The position numbers were made by a program, and so were the translations under genes. The notes below the pieces were generated by a model. That model was not told the origin of the DNA. It searched no databases and saw only the letters and a program-made list of their open reading frames with translations. Positions 60,963 to 64,000 of a stretch of 64,000 nucleotides of DNA are shown piece after piece. This DNA comes from an uncultured bacterium (lineage in GTDB: Bacteria; Eisenbacteria; RBG-16-71-46; CAIMUX01; WJJG01), in contig CAYQJL010000166.1 of assembly GCA_964417675.1 (NCBI GenBank), positions 2,867 through 66,866 of the forward strand, written 5' to 3'. How positions within the stretch are numbered: position 1 is the stretch's first letter; each line of letters opens with the position of its first letter.

Positions 60963-63725
60963 ATGAGATTGCATGCATGGAAGAGGTGTACGACGGCCTA
61001 TGCCGGGTTGCTTGCCCTGGCGCTGCTGATCCCTGCTCCGGCCGGGAGCGATCTGCTCATCTCCGAGATGTGCGACCCGCGCTACAATTACGCAACGGAC
61101 CGCTTCATTGAGATTTACAATGCCGGAGTGAACCCGGTTGACCTGGCGGGCTGGTCGCTGCAGGCGGTGGGCAACGGCGGCATCATTTTCATCTGGCAGC
61201 TCTCCGGAACCATCGTCCCCGGGGAGGCCCTGGTGGCCGGCGATCAGACGACGACGGTGCCGTTTCAGGTCGACTTCCCCGACGAGGCCTGGTCGGACAG
61301 CAACGGGCTCTGGAACGGGAAGGTCGGAGACGGCGCCAAGCTGCTGGCCCCCGGGAACGTGCTGATCGATTGTGCCGTGGTGGAGGGCACCGCCTTTGAA
61401 AACGCGGATTATGTCCGCCGGCCCAACGTCACCCAGCCCAGCACGACCTACTCGGCCGCGGAGTGGATCTCCACGTCCGCCGACTACCCGACCGACGGTT
61501 CGCCGGGCTCCCATGTGGCCGACCCGCCGCCGGCCGGACCGATCATCGCGGCCATCTTCACCGAACCGCTCCGGCCGCTCTCCGGCCAGAGCGTGGCTGT
61601 TTTCGCCGAGGTGCGTGATACGACCGCGGCCCTCGAATCGGTGACTCTGGCGTGGGGCACGCAGCCCGGTTCCCTCCCGCATGTGATTGCCATGGAGATC
61701 CTGGGGGGGGATACCTACCAAACCAGCTATCCGATTCCCGGTCAGGCCCCGGGCACCTCCGTGTACTTCCAGATCGAGGCCATCAACACGCTGTCCGAAT
61801 CACGCCTCTCCGCGGTGCTGAGCTACGCGGTGCCGTATGAGCTGACCGTGCGTGAGATCCAGGGCGAGGCCGAGGAGTCGCCCTACGACAACGAGACCGT
61901 GGTCACCACGGGGTTGGTGACTGCCTCCTTCGGCACCCATTTCGTGATCCAGGATGGGACCGGGCCGTGGGAAGGATTGTGGGTGCAGAGCAGCGCCTTG
62001 CCGGGGCGAGGCGACCAGGTGACCGTATGGGGCATCGTCGATGAGGACAGCGGGAACACGCTGCTCGCCGGCGCCGAGATCGAGGAGAGTGCGCCCGGCG
62101 GTCCGCTGCCATCCCCGGAGGATCTGACAACCGGGGCCGCCGCCACCGAGCCGTATGAAGGTGTGCTGGTCAAGGTGTCGGATGCGCGCTGCATGAGCAT
62201 CGACCAGGCCAGCGGCGTCTGGGTCCTCTACGACGGAAGCGGCCCGTTGCGGGTCGGTGTGCTGGGCAACGATTTCGAACCGACGCTCGGAACGCGCTAC
62301 GACGTGACCGGACCGGTGGCCTTCGCGAACGGCTCCTTCCGGGTGGAGCCGCGCGGCGCGGAGGACATTGTCTGGGTGGGCGACGATTTCGCGCCCATCA
62401 TCTGGGGCATTGCCGTGGAAGCCGATACGGAATTGCGGGTCTCCTTCTCCGAGGCGGTGGATCCGCAGACCGCCGGGACGGCCGACCATTACTCGATTCC
62501 CGGGCTGGTGGTTCTCGCGGCCCAGCACGATGCCGCCGATCCCCGGCAGGTTCATCTCACGGTGTCGGCGATGTCGGCCGGCGTCTACACATTGACGGTC
62601 AACGGCGTGGAGGACCTGTTCGGCAACGCGACCGAGGATGCGGAAGAGGAGTTCGAGTTCGTCGACTTCAGCCCGCCGGAAGGGTTCTACGATGGTACCG
62701 CCGGGCTCGCGGGGGAGGATCTGCAGGCCGCTCTGTACGAGATCATCCACGATCACGCTCCGGTTTCCTACGCGTTCGTCTGGACGGCCTTCTATACGAC
62801 CGACAACAAGCCCAACGGCAAGGTCTGGGACATCTATTCCGACATCCCCGGCGGTGTGCCGCCCTACGAGTACACCTTCGGTGTGGATCAGGGCGGCGTG
62901 GGCGGACAGGAAGGGACCGGCTATTCGCGGGAGCATTCCTGGCCGAAGAGCTGGTTCGGCGGAGAGGTCATGCCGATGTTCACGGACCTGTTCGCACTCT
63001 ATCCCACCGACACGCATATCAACGGTATGCGCGGCGTCTATCCCTACGGCGAGGTGGCCGTGCCCACCTGGATCTCCATGAATGGATCGAAACTGGGACC
63101 CTGCAGCTACCCGGGATACACGGGTCCGGTGTTCGAACCGATCGACGCCTACAAGGGTGACCTGGCGCGCACCTATCTCTACATGACGACACGCTACTAC
63201 TCCGAGGACGCCGTCTGGCCGTCAAGCCCGATGACGGTGGGCGCGACGCTGCGCCCCTGGGCCGTGGAGATGCTGCTCGAGTGGCATGCCCAGGACCCGG
63301 TCAGCCGCAAGGAGCAAGAGCGCAATGCGACCATCTTCGGGTTCCAGGGGAATCGGAATCCGTTCATTGATTGCCCCGAGTTCGCCGAACTGATCTTTGG
63401 GGATGCGGCCGATGTCGAAGGGGATGAAGGGCCCTGGGCGGCCGTTTCGGCGCCGGTGCTGTTGCCCGCCGTACCGAGCCCTCAGCCGGGGGGTGTTCTC
63501 ATCCGCTTCCAGCTTCCCGCCGCCCAGGAGATCTCGATCGAGGTGTGCGACCCGACCGGACGCCGGGTTGCCCAATTGAGCCAGGGCCTCGTCGCGGCCG
63601 GCGTCTCCTCGATTCTGTGGGACGGGCGGCTGAGCCATGGAGGGCTCGCCGGATCGGGGGTCTACTTCCTTCGACTGCAGGGCCACGCGGCCTCGGCCAC
63701 CGGCCGGGCGCTGTTGATCCGATGA
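60963..63725 (+). CDS. secreted multidomain nuclease: lamin-tail domain + OB/Ig-like domains + endonuclease I + FlgD/T9SS-type C-terminal domain
   Basis: Signal peptide. LTD (LLISEMCDPRYNYATDRFIEIYNAGVNPVDLAGWSL). Big_5-like Ig (ELRVSFSEAVDPQTAG...YTLTVNGVEDLFGN). Endonuclease I (REHSWPKSWFGG, DLFALYPTD..ING.RG, FEP.DAYKGDLARTYLYM, GNRNPFID). C-terminus ...ILWDGRLSHGGLAGSGVYFLRLQG...ALLIR. Confidence 0.85.
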   Translation: MRLHAWKRCTTAYAGLLALALLIPAPAGSDLLISEMCDPRYNYATDRFIEIYNAGVNPVDLAGWSLQAVGNGGIIFIWQLSGTIVPGEALVAGDQTTTVPFQVDFPDEAWSDSNGLWNGKVGDGAKLLAPGNVLIDCAVVEGTAFENADYVRRPNVTQPSTTYSAAEWISTSADYPTDGSPGSHVADPPPAGPIIAAIFTEPLRPLSGQSVAVFAEVRDTTAALESVTLAWGTQPGSLPHVIAMEILGGDTYQTSYPIPGQAPGTSVYFQIEAINTLSESRLSAVLSYAVPYELTVREIQGEAEESPYDNETVVTTGLVTASFGTHFVIQDGTGPWEGLWVQSSALPGRGDQVTVWGIVDEDSGNTLLAGAEIEESAPGGPLPSPEDLTTGAAATEPYEGVLVKVSDARCMSIDQASGVWVLYDGSGPLRVGVLGNDFEPTLGTRYDVTGPVAFANGSFRVEPRGAEDIVWVGDDFAPIIWGIAVEADTELRVSFSEAVDPQTAGTADHYSIPGLVVLAAQHDAADPRQVHLTVSAMSAGVYTLTVNGVEDLFGNATEDAEEEFEFVDFSPPEGFYDGTAGLAGEDLQAALYEIIHDHAPVSYAFVWTAFYTTDNKPNGKVWDIYSDIPGGVPPYEYTFGVDQGGVGGQEGTGYSREHSWPKSWFGGEVMPMFTDLFALYPTDTHINGMRGVYPYGEVAVPTWISMNGSKLGPCSYPGYTGPVFEPIDAYKGDLARTYLYMTTRYYSEDAVWPSSPMTVGATLRPWAVEMLLEWHAQDPVSRKEQERNATIFGFQGNRNPFIDCPEFAELIFGDAADVEGDEGPWAAVSAPVLLPAVPSPQPGGVLIRFQLPAAQEISIEVCDPTGRRVAQLSQGLVAAGVSSILWDGRLSHGGLAGSGVYFLRLQGHAASATGRALLIR

Positions 63726-63737
63726 TGCGGAGGGCCG

Positions 63738-64000
63738 GTGGCTACGATTCTGTTCGTCTGTTTCCAGGAGAACACCGACGTGATCGGCGTGAAGTACCTC
63801 GACGCGGTGCTGCGCGCTGAAGGCCATGACAGCGGCATCCTGTTGATTCCCAACGATGATCCGGCCAACCTGTCGGGGGCGCTGGCCCACATCGAGCGGG
63901 TCGAGCCGGAGGTTCTGGGTCTGAGCGCGATGAGCTACGAGTTTCGTCAGGCTCGGGCGTTCGGTCTCGAGCTCAGGAAGCGCTTTCCGAAGACGCCGCT
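63738..64000 (+). CDS. B12-binding-domain radical SAM protein, N-terminal part (3' partial)
   Basis: Open frame from GTG 63738 to the window end: VATILFVCFQENTDVIGVKYLDAVLRAEGHDSGILLIP...LGLSAMSYEF. This is a typical Rossmann-like cobalamin-binding N-domain. Absent from the ORF track because it runs off the end. Confidence 0.5.
   Translation, partial: MATILFVCFQENTDVIGVKYLDAVLRAEGHDSGILLIPNDDPANLSGALAHIERVEPEVLGLSAMSYEFRQARAFGLELRKRFPKTP

Noticed and set aside
58272-61721. 1149-aa ORF on the minus strand spanning the diheme-lipoprotein, porin and nuclease genes
   Set aside because: It is antisense to three plus-strand genes that each have clear family motifs, signal peptides and ribosome-binding sites. 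Its translation is Arg/Gly/Ala/Pro-rich low-information sequence typical of GC-driven shadow ORFs, and it runs straight through intergenic spacers.

Overview
This is a GC-rich (by eye) bacterial chromosomal segment with about 50 protein-coding genes. I found no rRNA, tRNA or CRISPR array. All family calls come from reading motifs in the supplied translations; nothing was searched against a database.

Gene content from left to right:
- A 5'-partial baeRF/eRF1-like gene.
- A lower-GC scar holding a pRiA4b-ORF3-like gene and a DDE-transposase fragment.
- A metabolic block: aldehyde dehydrogenase, fumC, pruA, a HAD hydrolase and ltaE.
- Convergent dinB, with a beta-carbonic anhydrase divergent from it.
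- A tightly packed four-gene membrane-protein operon that matches no family I recognise.
- A MalT-like STAND ATPase-TPR regulator carrying a C-terminal wHTH+BTAD (SARP-type) module. It sits next to a 1231-aa beta-helix repeat protein, a 73-aa ORF and an S8 protease.
- A nitronate monooxygenase-like gene and a GT2 glycosyltransferase.
- An FG-GAP sensor kinase paired with a sigma-54 activator.
- A BamE-like lipoprotein and an M28 peptidase.
- A pair of ABC exporter genes.
- A NYN+LOTUS protein and an alpha/beta hydrolase.
- A seven-gene hdrCBA-mvhD-flxCBA-type cluster with a double-length HdrA.
- A small secreted protein, a beta-lactamase-family hydrolase, a GT4 glycosyltransferase and a flippase.
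- nifU-nifS-thi4.
- A diheme 'GEGP' lipoprotein followed by a porin.
- An LTD-OB-Ig-endonuclease I exonuclease-like secreted protein.
- A partial B12-binding radical SAM gene at the right edge.

Four secreted proteins end in the same FlgD/T9SS-type C-terminal domain. That points to an uncultivated FCB-like or Eisenbacteria-like lineage, but this is inference only.

The candidates I rate highest for undescribed biology are:
- the four-gene membrane module (12130-15693);
- the diheme-lipoprotein/porin pair (58305-60839);
- the regulator/giant-adhesin locus, with 11-bp-phased direct repeats in its divergent promoter (15918-25381);
- a 16-bp tandem array containing SD-GTG-TAG 'start-stop' units immediately upstream of nifS.
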